Virus record (IMG/VR): IMGVR_UViG_3300005563_000031
Location: 32,001 to 96,000 of that record
Source: a virus
DNA: 64,000 bases
Strand: one strand, 5' to 3'
Position numbers and translations under genes: made by a program
In this document: positions 1 to 8,766 of the stretch, in pieces
Layout: every line of letters begins with the position of its first letter
Numbering within the stretch: position 1 is the first letter of the stretch
Notes under the pieces: generated by a model
Told to the model about the DNA's origin: nothing
The model's database searches: none
The model's input: the letters and a program-made list of their open reading frames with translations, nothing else

Positions 1-10
1 CGTCACGGCG

Positions 11-427
11 ATGGAAGTCGCGCGCTACGTCGTGAATTCGATCTACAAAGAGGCGATGACCTACAAGCGCGATCACGGCCTCCATTACAGCGACTATCGC
101 GCGTTTGCGAACGGCGCAATGAAAAAGGTAGTCGCGCGGTGCTTTCAACTAAAGGACAAACCGGAAGTGGAGGAGGAACAAAAGCAGCTTACGAACGGAG
201 CAGGCACCGCGCTCGTACTCGCCAACTTCTACAAAACGGAAGAGGAAGCCAACGCCGAATACGTCAAGCGGCTGTTGGGCGAACTGCGCAAGTCAAAGGG
301 GCACACGAAAGCACTTAGGAATCGTGACGCCATTAACGCAGGTTACGCGTATGGCGATAAGGTGTCGCTGAATCCACAGCTTGGCGGTGCTAAACCGGCC
401 GCCGAATCTCAGCGCCTCACCAAATAA
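11..427 (+). CDS. DUF2786-family-like phage protein, C-terminal part (probably 5'-truncated)
   Basis: ORF at window edge; C-terminal pattern ALVL...AINAGYAYGDKVSLNPQL resembles DUF2786-associated proteins. Confidence 0.55.
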   Translation: MEVARYVVNSIYKEAMTYKRDHGLHYSDYRAFANGAMKKVVARCFQLKDKPEVEEEQKQLTNGAGTALVLANFYKTEEEANAEYVKRLLGELRKSKGHTKALRNRDAINAGYAYGDKVSLNPQLGGAKPAAESQRLTK

Positions 428-441
428 GGTATAACATCGCC

Positions 442-747
442 ATGCCTGCCCAAACACAATCCGACATCATCTTCACCCTCCTCGGTAAGTTCATTGCCGA
501 GGAGGTGTCGAGCAAAAGCGTAGCTCTCGCCGCCGGCAGTCCGATGGCGCAGGAGTGGCGAGACCTACGCATAGCATGTGGGGTATTCGGATACCCCACA
601 GCCAAAGAAGTGGAGGTAAAACTACGCGAAATTCTATACGCTGGACACGAAAACAAACATGCCAAAGCACTCGTGCGCGTCGCCACGCTGATATCGTCGG
701 GCAACGCAGCCGAGGCACTTGCTATTACACAAGAGGCCCTTAAATGA
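442..747 (+). CDS. hypothetical protein
   Basis: 101-aa ORF; TAAATG overlap with next gene. Confidence 0.7.
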   Translation: MPAQTQSDIIFTLLGKFIAEEVSSKSVALAAGSPMAQEWRDLRIACGVFGYPTAKEVEVKLREILYAGHENKHAKALVRVATLISSGNAAEALAITQEALK

Positions 748-1808
748 GTACCAAGCACGTTACTCCTCGGGACGTCACAAAGGAACTACGACCCCTCATG
801 CGCCTATCCCTAGATCAGGGTTGGCGACACGAACGCACATCCAACAACCACATAAAGTGGATTTCACCCACAGGAGGACTCGTACACAGCGGACAAATAC
901 GCGGCTCGGGCGACTTTCGCGCGCTGCGCAATCTCAAGTCAGATCTCGTCAAAAACGGACTACGAGTAGAGGAGGAAGGAAGAACCGTGTCCGCCGGTTG
1001 TTGCCCGCACGGTATTAGTTACCGCGAGCTGGCGAAAGGTATAAGAATCTGCGAAGCATGCGTCGACGCGTCCAAAACACCGCTCGGCCAGACTGTGCAA
1101 GCGCTCGCTGAGGCTGGGATCGCGGGCGAGGCGGTAGCAACCGCCGGCCCCACACCCACGACGCTCGGGGAGGCGATCCGGGCCGCAATGCATCCGGAGC
1201 AAACCGTGGTCGTCGTAACGGACACAGATGCCACCGTTCTCGAACGCAACGCCACCGAAAACACGCGCACGATTGAAGTGCGTGCGGTCGTGCAGGCGGT
1301 ACTCGCAGCGCTACCCACTCGACAGTTTCGTACCGAGCAAATTATCACGCAGGCACGAGGACGGCTCGGGAACGTCGCCTCGCGCGAAGTTAGTTACGCG
1401 TTGCGTGTGCTGAAAGCGAAAGGCGTAGTTGTAAACCGCCGGCACGGCGTGTGGCAGTGGGCATGTGTGACGGAGTTCGACCTTGCCTCCATTAATGTGC
1501 CTGCCACGCCTCCCGCACTTGCTACACCCCCTCCGGTACAAACAACACTTATTGAGGAATCCACTATGGCCGCCACCGTGACACCGATAACCACAACCCA
1601 ACAACCCGTAGCCCCTGCGCCAAAAACCGCTGTAACACCCGCTGTGTCTAGCACAGACGACGATCTACGAGTCATTGACGATGCGCTCGAAGCGTTGTCG
1701 AAAGTCGAGCAGGTGTTCCGACGCTACAAGAAGCGCATCGAAAAGGGCCGGGCGATGCAAGCGGCGCTCGATGCATTTAAGGCGGCTGTCACTGAGGACG
1801 AGGAATAA
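744..1808 (+). CDS. multidomain protein: HicA-like N-terminal domain, Cys/His motif, winged-helix-like segment, coiled-coil end
   Basis: GWRHERTSNNHIKWISPTGGLV...DFRALRNLKSDL matches the HicA dsRBD-like pattern; CCPH..C..C; REVSYALRVLKAKGVV..RHGVW. Confidence 0.6.
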   Translation: MSTKHVTPRDVTKELRPLMRLSLDQGWRHERTSNNHIKWISPTGGLVHSGQIRGSGDFRALRNLKSDLVKNGLRVEEEGRTVSAGCCPHGISYRELAKGIRICEACVDASKTPLGQTVQALAEAGIAGEAVATAGPTPTTLGEAIRAAMHPEQTVVVVTDTDATVLERNATENTRTIEVRAVVQAVLAALPTRQFRTEQIITQARGRLGNVASREVSYALRVLKAKGVVVNRRHGVWQWACVTEFDLASINVPATPPALATPPPVQTTLIEESTMAATVTPITTTQQPVAPAPKTAVTPAVSSTDDDLRVIDDALEALSKVEQVFRRYKKRIEKGRAMQAALDAFKAAVTEDEE

Positions 1809-1813
1809 GGTCG

Positions 1814-2056
1814 ATGCCTATGGCTCCCCACGGTGCGGGCCCTTGCTACGTGTGCGGACGTACGCACCCTGGGGAGCTTTGTGACGGAACAAAGATAAAG
1901 GTTTGCAATACCCGGCACTGTACGGTAACGGATGCAATCTTTACCTGCCAGGGCTGCGCCGCGAAGTGCTGCTGCCACACGTGCGCGGTGTCGCTTGCAG
2001 ACGGGTTATTCTGCTACGACTGCCGCCCGGCGGTAGACGACCGAATACTAGGCTAG
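1814..2056 (+). CDS. small Cys-rich zinc-binding protein
   Basis: several CxxC pairs in 80 aa. Confidence 0.55.
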   Translation: MPMAPHGAGPCYVCGRTHPGELCDGTKIKVCNTRHCTVTDAIFTCQGCAAKCCCHTCAVSLADGLFCYDCRPAVDDRILG

Positions 2057-2065
2057 ATTCTACGC

Positions 2066-2095
2066 TTGCATCCTAGATAGATAGTCTATATACTA
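2066..2095 (+). promoter_or_regulatory. sigma70-type early promoter with TAGTCTATATACTA box
   Basis: TTGCAT-17 bp-TATACT; motif repeated at 2491 and 3932. Confidence 0.8.
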
Positions 2096-2121
2096 TTCCC
2101 ACAGTAACCGGAGTCCACGCC

Positions 2122-2241
2122 ATGTTTAACGTCACCCTTCGTAGCTTGCCCATGTCCGCTTTCTCAGGTCCGCGCAAGCGTTGTGCAAAAGCAACCAAAA
2201 CCGTTGCTAAGCGCGAGAAGAAGGCAAAGGTGCGCAAATGA
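2122..2241 (+). CDS. small basic protein (39 aa, not in ORF track)
   Basis: CCGGAG RBS then ATG; MFNVTLRSLPMSAFSGPRKR...KKAKVRK; ATGA overlap with next gene. Confidence 0.55.
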   Translation: MFNVTLRSLPMSAFSGPRKRCAKATKTVAKREKKAKVRK

Positions 2242-2501
2242 GCACCACCCATACATTTTACGCCAGCACGTGTCCTTCATGCACTCGCATGCCGAATAGC
2301 CCCGGTCTGCAAGCTCGTAACGAGCGGGGCCGGCTAGTGCAGGGCTGCGTGGATGAATTCCATACAGGACACGTTATGGGTGAAGCTGCTATTTGGCATA
2401 ATCGTCCCGAAGCTAAAAAACTGCGCGCTGCCCTCAAATTGGGGCGGCGAGGCGGCGTCACGCTTTTTGCACCGGCTGCTAGAATCTCGCTTGCACCTTA
2501 G
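2238..2501 (+). CDS. hypothetical protein
   Basis: 87-aa ORF in early operon. Confidence 0.6.
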   Translation: MSTTHTFYASTCPSCTRMPNSPGLQARNERGRLVQGCVDEFHTGHVMGEAAIWHNRPEAKKLRAALKLGRRGGVTLFAPAARISLAP

Positions 2502-2520
2502 GTAATTAGTCTATATACTA
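2491..2520 (+). promoter_or_regulatory. sigma70-type early promoter, copy 2
   Basis: TTGCAC-17 bp-TATACT with TAGTCTATATACTA. Confidence 0.8.
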
Positions 2521-2558
2521 TCCCTACGTTATCAAAACAGCCCGGAGTTACCGCCCCC

Positions 2559-2715
2559 ATGTCCGCTAAGCACCTGCCCATCGAAAAGAACGGCAAAACC
2601 GTCCCGGCTTGCGATACGCAGAAAAAGAATACCGCACACCTGCGATTTTCTACGGACGGTCAAACTTCTTGCCGACGCTGCATGCGCGTCGCCGGCTACA
2701 ACTACAACCCTTAAC
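2559..2715 (+). CDS. small hypothetical protein (~51 aa, coordinates approximate)
   Basis: CCGGAG RBS; MSAKHLPIEKNGKTVPAC...CRRCMRVAGYNYNP. Confidence 0.5.
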
Positions 2716-2745
2716 GCTATTTCCACAGTAACCGGAGCCCGTATC

Positions 2746-2904
2746 ATGTCCGTATTTGAACTAGGGTATACGCTCGACGAATTCACCGCCGAGGTGAATC
2801 GCGAGTCTCGGATCCAGTACACCACCGAGCAGACGGCACCGTTTTGGAATCGGGGCCAATCCCCCGCCCATGCACGTGCCGTGCTGTCGCGTAGGGGAGT
2901 GTAA
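2746..2904 (+). CDS. small hypothetical protein (52 aa)
   Basis: CCACAGTAACCGGAG leader identical to that at ~2099; MSVFELGYTLDEF... Confidence 0.5.
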   Translation: MSVFELGYTLDEFTAEVNRESRIQYTTEQTAPFWNRGQSPAHARAVLSRRGV

Positions 2905-3117
2905 GACCATGTCCAACGTACGGCGGCCTAAACACACGGTGCAAGAATATCTTGCACTGCAAAAAGACCCGGCAGCTATGCAAGCTGCTGCAGAAACGAC
3001 GCGCCGGCTGTTTAGCGCGGTACAGCACCACGATCTCGAGTGTCCTTGCGAGCACTGCGTGGAGTACAGCGAAGCCGCTAATATCCTGTATGCGGACGTT
3101 ACAGAGGAGTTAAACGG

Positions 3118-3420
3118 ATGACCGCCCCTACCTACGCCTCGGTTCTCTTTAACTGCGACAACGAGCACAAAACGATCGTCAGCGAGCTAAGTACGCTTAC
3201 GCACGGCGGTACGATTGAGCATCTTGCCGGTGCGCTCGACAACGGCTGTGACGGATTCGCTATCCGCAGCGACCAGGGCAAGCTCGCTGTATTCCAAATA
3301 CAGCGCACGCATCGCGACGCGGACAATGACGTTACGCACTGGACCTTTGAACCCACGAATGCCACGCTACGCGCTTCTCCGCGTCTTACAGGCTATATCG
3401 TAACGGTGCTCAATGACTAA
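3118..3420 (+). CDS. hypothetical protein
   Basis: GAGGAG RBS; overlaps neighbours by ATGA-type junctions. Confidence 0.65.
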   Translation: MTAPTYASVLFNCDNEHKTIVSELSTLTHGGTIEHLAGALDNGCDGFAIRSDQGKLAVFQIQRTHRDADNDVTHWTFEPTNATLRASPRLTGYIVTVLND

Positions 3421-3853
3421 CTTCGACGCTGCGCCCCCGTGCGCAATTTGTAGTAATCACCGCGATGCGAATGTGCATTTAGCGCAGTACCGTTACAGCG
3501 GTTATCACGAGTACAGCGCGCAGCTACCTATTATCGACGCACCTGCGATTGCGCAAGAGCAATTTCCACCACCGAAGGAGTTCCCATCCATGTCCACCCC
3601 TGAAACAGTCGATTTGAGCGACGAACCGACGCGCGCTAGCAGCCCGAAACCGAGCGAATGCAAATACCCTGAAGTCGTCGTGGCGCTAGTCGGCGGCGAC
3701 GGCAACGCGTGCGCTGTGCTCGGCGCAGTGCAAAAGGCGCTGCGCCGAGCGGGCGTAGCGAGAGAGGAGATTTCGCAGTACATCGCAGAGGCGACAAATG
3801 GCGACTACGACCACCTACTTGCTACGACGATGCGATGGGTAACAGCCAAATAG
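3413..3853 (+). CDS. conserved phage hypothetical protein (second start likely at 3590)
   Basis: VALVGGDGNACAVLGAVQKALRRAG...GDYDHLL is a recurrent phage motif; AAGGAG before ATG at 3590. Confidence 0.65.
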   Translation: MTNFDAAPPCAICSNHRDANVHLAQYRYSGYHEYSAQLPIIDAPAIAQEQFPPPKEFPSMSTPETVDLSDEPTRASSPKPSECKYPEVVVALVGGDGNACAVLGAVQKALRRAGVAREEISQYIAEATNGDYDHLLATTMRWVTAK

Positions 3854-3876
3854 GAGGTCGATTGGTCTGCACGGGT

Positions 3877-3902
3877 AGACGCCGCCGCCGGGCGGCGTTT
3901 TA
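3877..3902 (+). terminator. Rho-independent terminator
   Basis: ACGCCGCC-gccg-GGCGGCGT hairpin followed by TTT. Confidence 0.6.
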
Positions 3903-3931
3903 CTGAATCTCGACTTTTTTAAAATCTCCAC

Positions 3932-3960
3932 TTGCAATTAGGAAAATAGTCTATATACTA
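3932..3960 (+). promoter_or_regulatory. sigma70-type early promoter, copy 3
   Basis: TTGCAA-16 bp-TATACT with TAGTCTATATACTA. Confidence 0.75.
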
Positions 3961-4002
3961 ATCCTCAGTCGATAACGTTTACCTAGTCCGGAGTTCCGTA
4001 CC

Positions 4003-4440
4003 ATGTCTTATCCGAACGTCCCCAAAGGTCTCCAAAACAAAGCCACCGGCGAACTGCGACAGATCCTTGTCAACGCGCTGCGTAAGTACAACCTTCCCGC
4101 TTCCTGGGGCAGCATCAACGGCAAAGACATCAAAAACGTCCGCAACCCAATCACACTCCTCGAGCGCATCGACGAGCTATGCAACGAGTTCGCCCTGAAT
4201 GTTAGCGATAGCGGCGAGCTGTTTCAGCCCCTCATCGATGCCAAGCGCGCGGAATGCCCTACCTACCGTATCGAAATTAGCGAGCAGCAACGCACGTTGT
4301 TGGAGCGAGCCGCGAAGGCGCTCATCAACAACGGTGTGCTCACGATACCACAACGCAATGAACTGGAAGCGTTACGCGACATGCTCGCGGCACTACCCGG
4401 CACCGGCAAACCCGGCGATCTACACGGTTTTACGCTCTAA
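4003..4440 (+). CDS. hypothetical protein
   Basis: CCGGAG RBS, 145 aa. Confidence 0.7.
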   Translation: MSYPNVPKGLQNKATGELRQILVNALRKYNLPASWGSINGKDIKNVRNPITLLERIDELCNEFALNVSDSGELFQPLIDAKRAECPTYRIEISEQQRTLLERAAKALINNGVLTIPQRNELEALRDMLAALPGTGKPGDLHGFTL

Positions 4441-4471
4441 CACACAACGACGACACCTCAGGAGACACAAC

Positions 4472-5587
4472 ATGAAAGTCGGTTCCACACTCGAGAAGAT
4501 TGAGGCGGAAATTCACCGCCGCGTCGACGCCAAGCGCGATCTCATCGTGCCGGTAACGAAGATGCACTTTGATTTCGCAACCGTCGAGGTGCCGAATTCC
4601 GAACCCGCACACAGAATCTACATGGCGGTGGGTAACGAGCAGTTTGCCATCCAGCAGCACGCGCACCAGCAGCTGATCGAGTTCACGAAGATCCCCGGCG
4701 ACTACTACAAGAAGTTGATGGCCGAGGATCCAGAGCTGCTCGTGACCAATCTCAACCGTCGCGTACCGCGCGTGCCGGAAAAGCGCCGCATGGTACGCCT
4801 ACTCGACAACAAAGTGCGCGCGGTGCTGTCGGACGGCTACCGCCGCTTTGATAACGAGGATTTTGCGGCCGCCATCGTGCCGTTGCTGAAGACAATGGAC
4901 TTGCAGGTCCTCTCGGCCGAGCTGACCGACTCGCGACTGTACTTCAAAGCTGTCGACCAGGCTATTGCGGTCGACGTACCGACCGGTGTCGCGATGGGCG
5001 ACGGGGGCCACACGATTTTTGACACGATCTGCCCGGCGCTGTCGATTGCTAACAGCGAAATCGGAATGGGCGCAGTCGTTGTTGAAACCGGCACTTACAC
5101 GAAAGCATGCACGAACCTCGCGTTGTTTGGACCCACGAACGGCGGTATCCGCCGCAATCATGCCGGCGCGCGAGCGGAATTGTCCGACGACGTGTACGCA
5201 CTGCTCACGGACGAAACGAAGCAACTTACGGACGCAGCGGTGTGGGCACAGATCCGCGATGTTATCAAGGGCGCGTGGAGCGAGGAACGTATCCGGGCGC
5301 GGGCCGCGAAGCTCGGGGAGACAACGAAGGACAAGATCGAGGACGTGGAGGAGGCGGTGGTAACACTCGCGAAGACCTACACGCTGTCACAGGACGAGCG
5401 CAAGGGCATCATGCACCAACTCATTCGCGGCGGCGATCTCACCCGCTACGGCATGCACTCGGCCGTAACGCGCTTCTCGCAGGACGTTGAGAACTACGAC
5501 CGCGCAACGTTCCTCGAACAACTCGGCGGCAAGATTATCGACCTGCCGAAGAAGGACTGGAGTGCCATTAACAGAAAGGCGGCTTAA
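4472..5587 (+). CDS. DUF932-like phage protein
   Basis: AGGAG RBS before ATG 4472; VRAVLSDGYRRFDN, ISNSEIGMG-type and CTNL..RRNHAG motifs. Confidence 0.75.
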   Translation: MKVGSTLEKIEAEIHRRVDAKRDLIVPVTKMHFDFATVEVPNSEPAHRIYMAVGNEQFAIQQHAHQQLIEFTKIPGDYYKKLMAEDPELLVTNLNRRVPRVPEKRRMVRLLDNKVRAVLSDGYRRFDNEDFAAAIVPLLKTMDLQVLSAELTDSRLYFKAVDQAIAVDVPTGVAMGDGGHTIFDTICPALSIANSEIGMGAVVVETGTYTKACTNLALFGPTNGGIRRNHAGARAELSDDVYALLTDETKQLTDAAVWAQIRDVIKGAWSEERIRARAAKLGETTKDKIEDVEEAVVTLAKTYTLSQDERKGIMHQLIRGGDLTRYGMHSAVTRFSQDVENYDRATFLEQLGGKIIDLPKKDWSAINRKAA

Positions 5588-5936
5588 CTGCAAGGCCAAT
5601 ACAGTGCGGAAACGGGAAATCGTTTCCGCACTGTAAGGAGTACACACGTGGAACTCAACACACTCGGATACGCGTGGTATGCATGGCATTTGCAGTACTT
5701 CGTGAAACCGGGTTTTTGTTATAGTTTTGATATTCGTCGCAGCCCTCACCGCCACATGCACGCCCTCGGCTGCGGGTATCGCACAGCAATGGCTGTCGCA
5801 ACCTTCCGCAAGCGCCAGGTATAGTCTCAATAGCACGGGGCACACAGTGTCCGTTGTCCTGAGAATATTTCCCCCCGTATCCTTAGTAACCGTCCGGGCG
5901 ATAACGCCCGGCGTGCTCTTACACTAAGGAGACCGC

Positions 5937-6254
5937 ATGTCCAAGTGCACCTGCTTTAATGATAATGGTATGCCGCACGGGGATGGTGGATGCCTCGAAC
6001 ATCCGCGCTACATCCGTATTGCACTACTGCGTGCGAACCACCCCGACGAGCACAACCAGGTGTTTGCTTCCGAAGCACTCGTACATATGCACGACGGCAA
6101 ACGCCTTTTCTACGACGTTACAGCGCGTGTACTGTGGTGGTTTGGACCCCTTCACGAATGCATGCACCCGGTACAGCCACGTGCGCACATAACCGTCCCC
6201 ACAGCCGTGCACGTACACCTCACCCGTCACCACAAACACCCGCATGGACAGTGA
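5937..6254 (+). CDS. hypothetical His/Cys-rich protein
   Basis: TAAGGAG RBS. Confidence 0.55.
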   Translation: MSKCTCFNDNGMPHGDGGCLEHPRYIRIALLRANHPDEHNQVFASEALVHMHDGKRLFYDVTARVLWWFGPLHECMHPVQPRAHITVPTAVHVHLTRHHKHPHGQ

Positions 6255-6493
6255 AACGTTTGACTATCGCTGGGGTCGTAAGCTCACCGCGTTAAAAGGT
6301 TGGGCGGAATATGTTGACCTCAATTGGTCTCCCGACCGCGCCTACGGTTACGACGCACCCAAATGCAGTTGCGTGGTAGAAAATGGCGTTGTAATGCGCC
6401 AATGTTGGAAGCATTTCAACGAAACCTATTATGGATCTAGTAGTGCATCCGGTATAGGTAAATCAACAACAACGCACACCGGAGTTCACGACG

Positions 6494-7276
6494 ATGCCGA
6501 AGTTACACGAAATCCTCGCGGCCGAAAAAATTCCAACCGCCGCGTGGAAGACGATGGTGCAAGAAACACTCAAAAAGTTCAAAGCACCGGACAGCTTTTT
6601 CCACGGGCACAGCAAAAGCCTGACGATGCTCGATCAGGAGGACCCGAAGTCGAAGGTAATCGAAGCGCAGAACCGTTCTGAGAAGCCGGTCACGACGACA
6701 GTCGCAGAGACGTTGGAATATGCCTTCGACCTGTTCGCGCGCAACGAGGACACGCAGTTACTGAAGAACCTCGGCAACGCCGAAGCACGCGGCACCATCT
6801 ATTTGCACGGTGCGGTGCTCGCTGCCGATGTGCCAGTTGATTCGTTGCTCGGTATCGAGAGCCGGCTGCAGGAAGTGAAGCAGCTGTTGCTCGCCATGCC
6901 TACACTCGATGCGACCAAGCACTGGGACCGCGCCGACCACATCGGCGAGTATGTGTGGGAGATAAAGTACCCGGAGGAATCGGCAAAAACAGCGAAGACC
7001 GCCAAGGCGGTCACACTGTCGCCGGCCACGAAGGAACACCCGGCGAACGTACAGTTGGTGCACGAGGATGTGCCGGTGGGCAAGTTCACGACCATCGCGC
7101 GCTCGGGCGAGTGCACGGCGGCGGAGAAAGCGGAAGCGATCAAGAACATCGACCTGATCATCACTGAGGTGAAGCGGGCACGGGTGCGCACCAACGAGAT
7201 CGAGGTGAAGGTGGCGACCATCGGCGATAAGCTGGTAAAAGCCATTCTCGAGCCGTTGCGGCGCGTGAATTTGTAA
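6494..7276 (+). CDS. conserved phage coiled-coil protein (MxKLHEILA.EK family, DUF7873-like)
   Basis: CCGGAG RBS; motifs ATKEHPANVQLVHEDVPVG and EVKRARVRTN. Confidence 0.75.
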   Translation: MPKLHEILAAEKIPTAAWKTMVQETLKKFKAPDSFFHGHSKSLTMLDQEDPKSKVIEAQNRSEKPVTTTVAETLEYAFDLFARNEDTQLLKNLGNAEARGTIYLHGAVLAADVPVDSLLGIESRLQEVKQLLLAMPTLDATKHWDRADHIGEYVWEIKYPEESAKTAKTAKAVTLSPATKEHPANVQLVHEDVPVGKFTTIARSGECTAAEKAEAIKNIDLIITEVKRARVRTNEIEVKVATIGDKLVKAILEPLRRVNL

Positions 7277-7278
7277 CG

Positions 7279-7566
7279 AGTTGGTAGCGATAGCGTTTGT
7301 GATTGTGAACCTGAGTCGCGGTTGAAGAAACCGTAATTTGAGATTTACCAACACTGCGTTAGCGCGAGGCGCGAAATAGCCCTAAAAACATACTATCTCG
7401 GTAGACGCGGGTTCGAATCCCGTCCCCCGCCCCATATCACTATGCGGGGGTGGTGCAGCGGTTTAGCACAACTGGGTTAACTGTGATTGCGACAAACAAG
7501 GTAATTTCGCGGGTGCCCCCAGGGGCGGGTTCGTAACTACGGTAAATGATACGGATTCCGCCCCTC
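7279..7566 (+). ncRNA. structured RNA containing a circularly permuted tRNA-like domain (YrlA/Y-RNA-like)
   Basis: T-arm GCGGG-TTCGAAT-CCCGT (7407-7423), acceptor 3' CCCCCGC+C+CCA (7424-7434), 9-nt linker, acceptor 5' GCGGGGG (7444-7450), D-arm GTGC/GCAC, anticodon-stem halves CTCGGT/ACTGGG, outer stem CGCGAAAT/ATTTCGCG. Confidence 0.75.
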
Positions 7567-7591
7567 TATTAAGATAAGAGAGATACCAATA

Positions 7592-7927
7592 ATGACAGTT
7601 AAAATTCTACCTCCTCTGAAACTGTGCACCCCACAGCAGCGCAAGTTTCTTACACAACGCCTCCACCAATCGCGTACGCCGTCGCACTACATCAGCTGGC
7701 GTGACAACGACCGTGACGCCGAAATGCCAAAGGACGTGCGCGCGGCGAAACGACTTCTGTTGCAGTGGCAAAAGCAGCGGCAGCGGATGGCCGACGCATC
7801 GAAAACTATCTTTAATCGCGCACACGAGGAGGCTAAAACAGCCATCCTGTTTAAAGGACCAGACGAGGCCCTACACGCAGTCGAGCGATACGAGCGGATG
7901 TGCCTCGAGGCGCGCGAGAAGGACTAG
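7592..7927 (+). CDS. hypothetical protein
   Basis: 111-aa ORF convergent with spanin. Confidence 0.6.
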   Translation: MTVKILPPLKLCTPQQRKFLTQRLHQSRTPSHYISWRDNDRDAEMPKDVRAAKRLLLQWQKQRQRMADASKTIFNRAHEEAKTAILFKGPDEALHAVERYERMCLEAREKD

Positions 7928-8415
7928 CGCTGCGGCTCTACTTCGGCTTGCAAAGCGCTGCACTGTCGATAGTGCTCCCAGTACTCGGCGGCAACGCGCA
8001 CAAGTAGGCCGTTAATTCGTCTATCGCTGCCGTCGACAACGGTCGCATCAGTGGCTGGTCCACGACCGGTTTCGGGCAAGGCAATACTTGGGGGGCTGAT
8101 ATGCGTGGTGCGGTGGAGCAACCGATTAACGAGTTCGCCAGTAGCACCGAGGTTAGCCACATCCGCTGCGTGTTTCTTTGAAAGATCATCAATGACCTGC
8201 CTGTTATTCGCAAGCGTTGTATCTCGATCTGAGATCTGCCGAGCTAACGTCAGTGTAGCAAGTTTCTGGTCGGCGAGCTGTTGTGCGAGGTGCTGATTTT
8301 CGAGCGCCGTGTATTTGTTATGCCACCCATTCCCCCATACGTACAACGCCGTGAATGAGCCTATGAGCGTTGTAAGTGCGATCGCAGCCGCGATAAGCCG
8401 CGCTTGTGTGAACAT
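7924..8415 (-). CDS. Rz-like i-spanin
   Basis: N-terminal TM helix plus coiled coil; contains an embedded lipoprotein ORF. Confidence 0.75.
   Translation of the reverse strand: MFTQARLIAAAIALTTLIGSFTALYVWGNGWHNKYTALENQHLAQQLADQKLATLTLARQISDRDTTLANNRQVIDDLSKKHAADVANLGATGELVNRLLHRTTHISPPSIALPETGRGPATDATVVDGSDRRINGLLVRVAAEYWEHYRQCSALQAEVEPQR
7938..8162 (-). CDS. Rz1-like o-spanin lipoprotein embedded in Rz
   Basis: MWLTSVLLANSLIG-C lipobox, Pro-rich mature part, different frame inside Rz. Confidence 0.7.
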   Translation of the reverse strand: MWLTSVLLANSLIGCSTAPRISAPQVLPCPKPVVDQPLMRPLSTAAIDELTAYLCALPPSTGSTIDSAALCKPK

Positions 8416-8424
8416 ACTTACAAC

Positions 8425-8766
8425 CTATGTTTGTGATACAGGCACTGTGGTCCCCGGCGGTCCTGATACGGAAGTGGCTGTGGTTGTAGTGGACGCCACA
8501 GTAGTCACCCCGTTCCAGTCGCGCCCGCCGCGAGTGTAGGTATCAAATACGAATTTTAAAAAGCTGTTGATTGCCACAAAAGCAATGGAAGCAAAGCCCG
8601 ACGCTTCGAGTTGGTGCATGGCGGTCGGGGAGTTAATATACCACATAACGAGTATGTAATCCATCCACACCGTCCAAACAAAACACGCGCTAAGAAACAA
8701 GCGCGGGAATATCCGTAGCGAGTCAATTGTTTCCGCAATATCAAGCCAGTGATGCTTAGCTTTCAT
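8425..8766 (-). CDS. holin-like membrane protein
   Basis: two TM segments, RIFPR motif, directly upstream of spanins. Confidence 0.55.
   Translation of the reverse strand: MKAKHHWLDIAETIDSLRIFPRLFLSACFVWTVWMDYILVMWYINSPTAMHQLEASGFASIAFVAINSFLKFVFDTYTRGGRDWNGVTTVASTTTTATSVSGPPGTTVPVSQT

Noticed and set aside
4199-4471. N-terminal extension of the DUF932-like ORF
   Set aside because: Overlaps 4003..4440; a strong RBS precedes ATG 4472
7397-7566. Two-piece (permuted) tmRNA
   Set aside because: No G3:U70 pair or A73, a real D-stem is present, and there is no room for a tag ORF with pseudoknots
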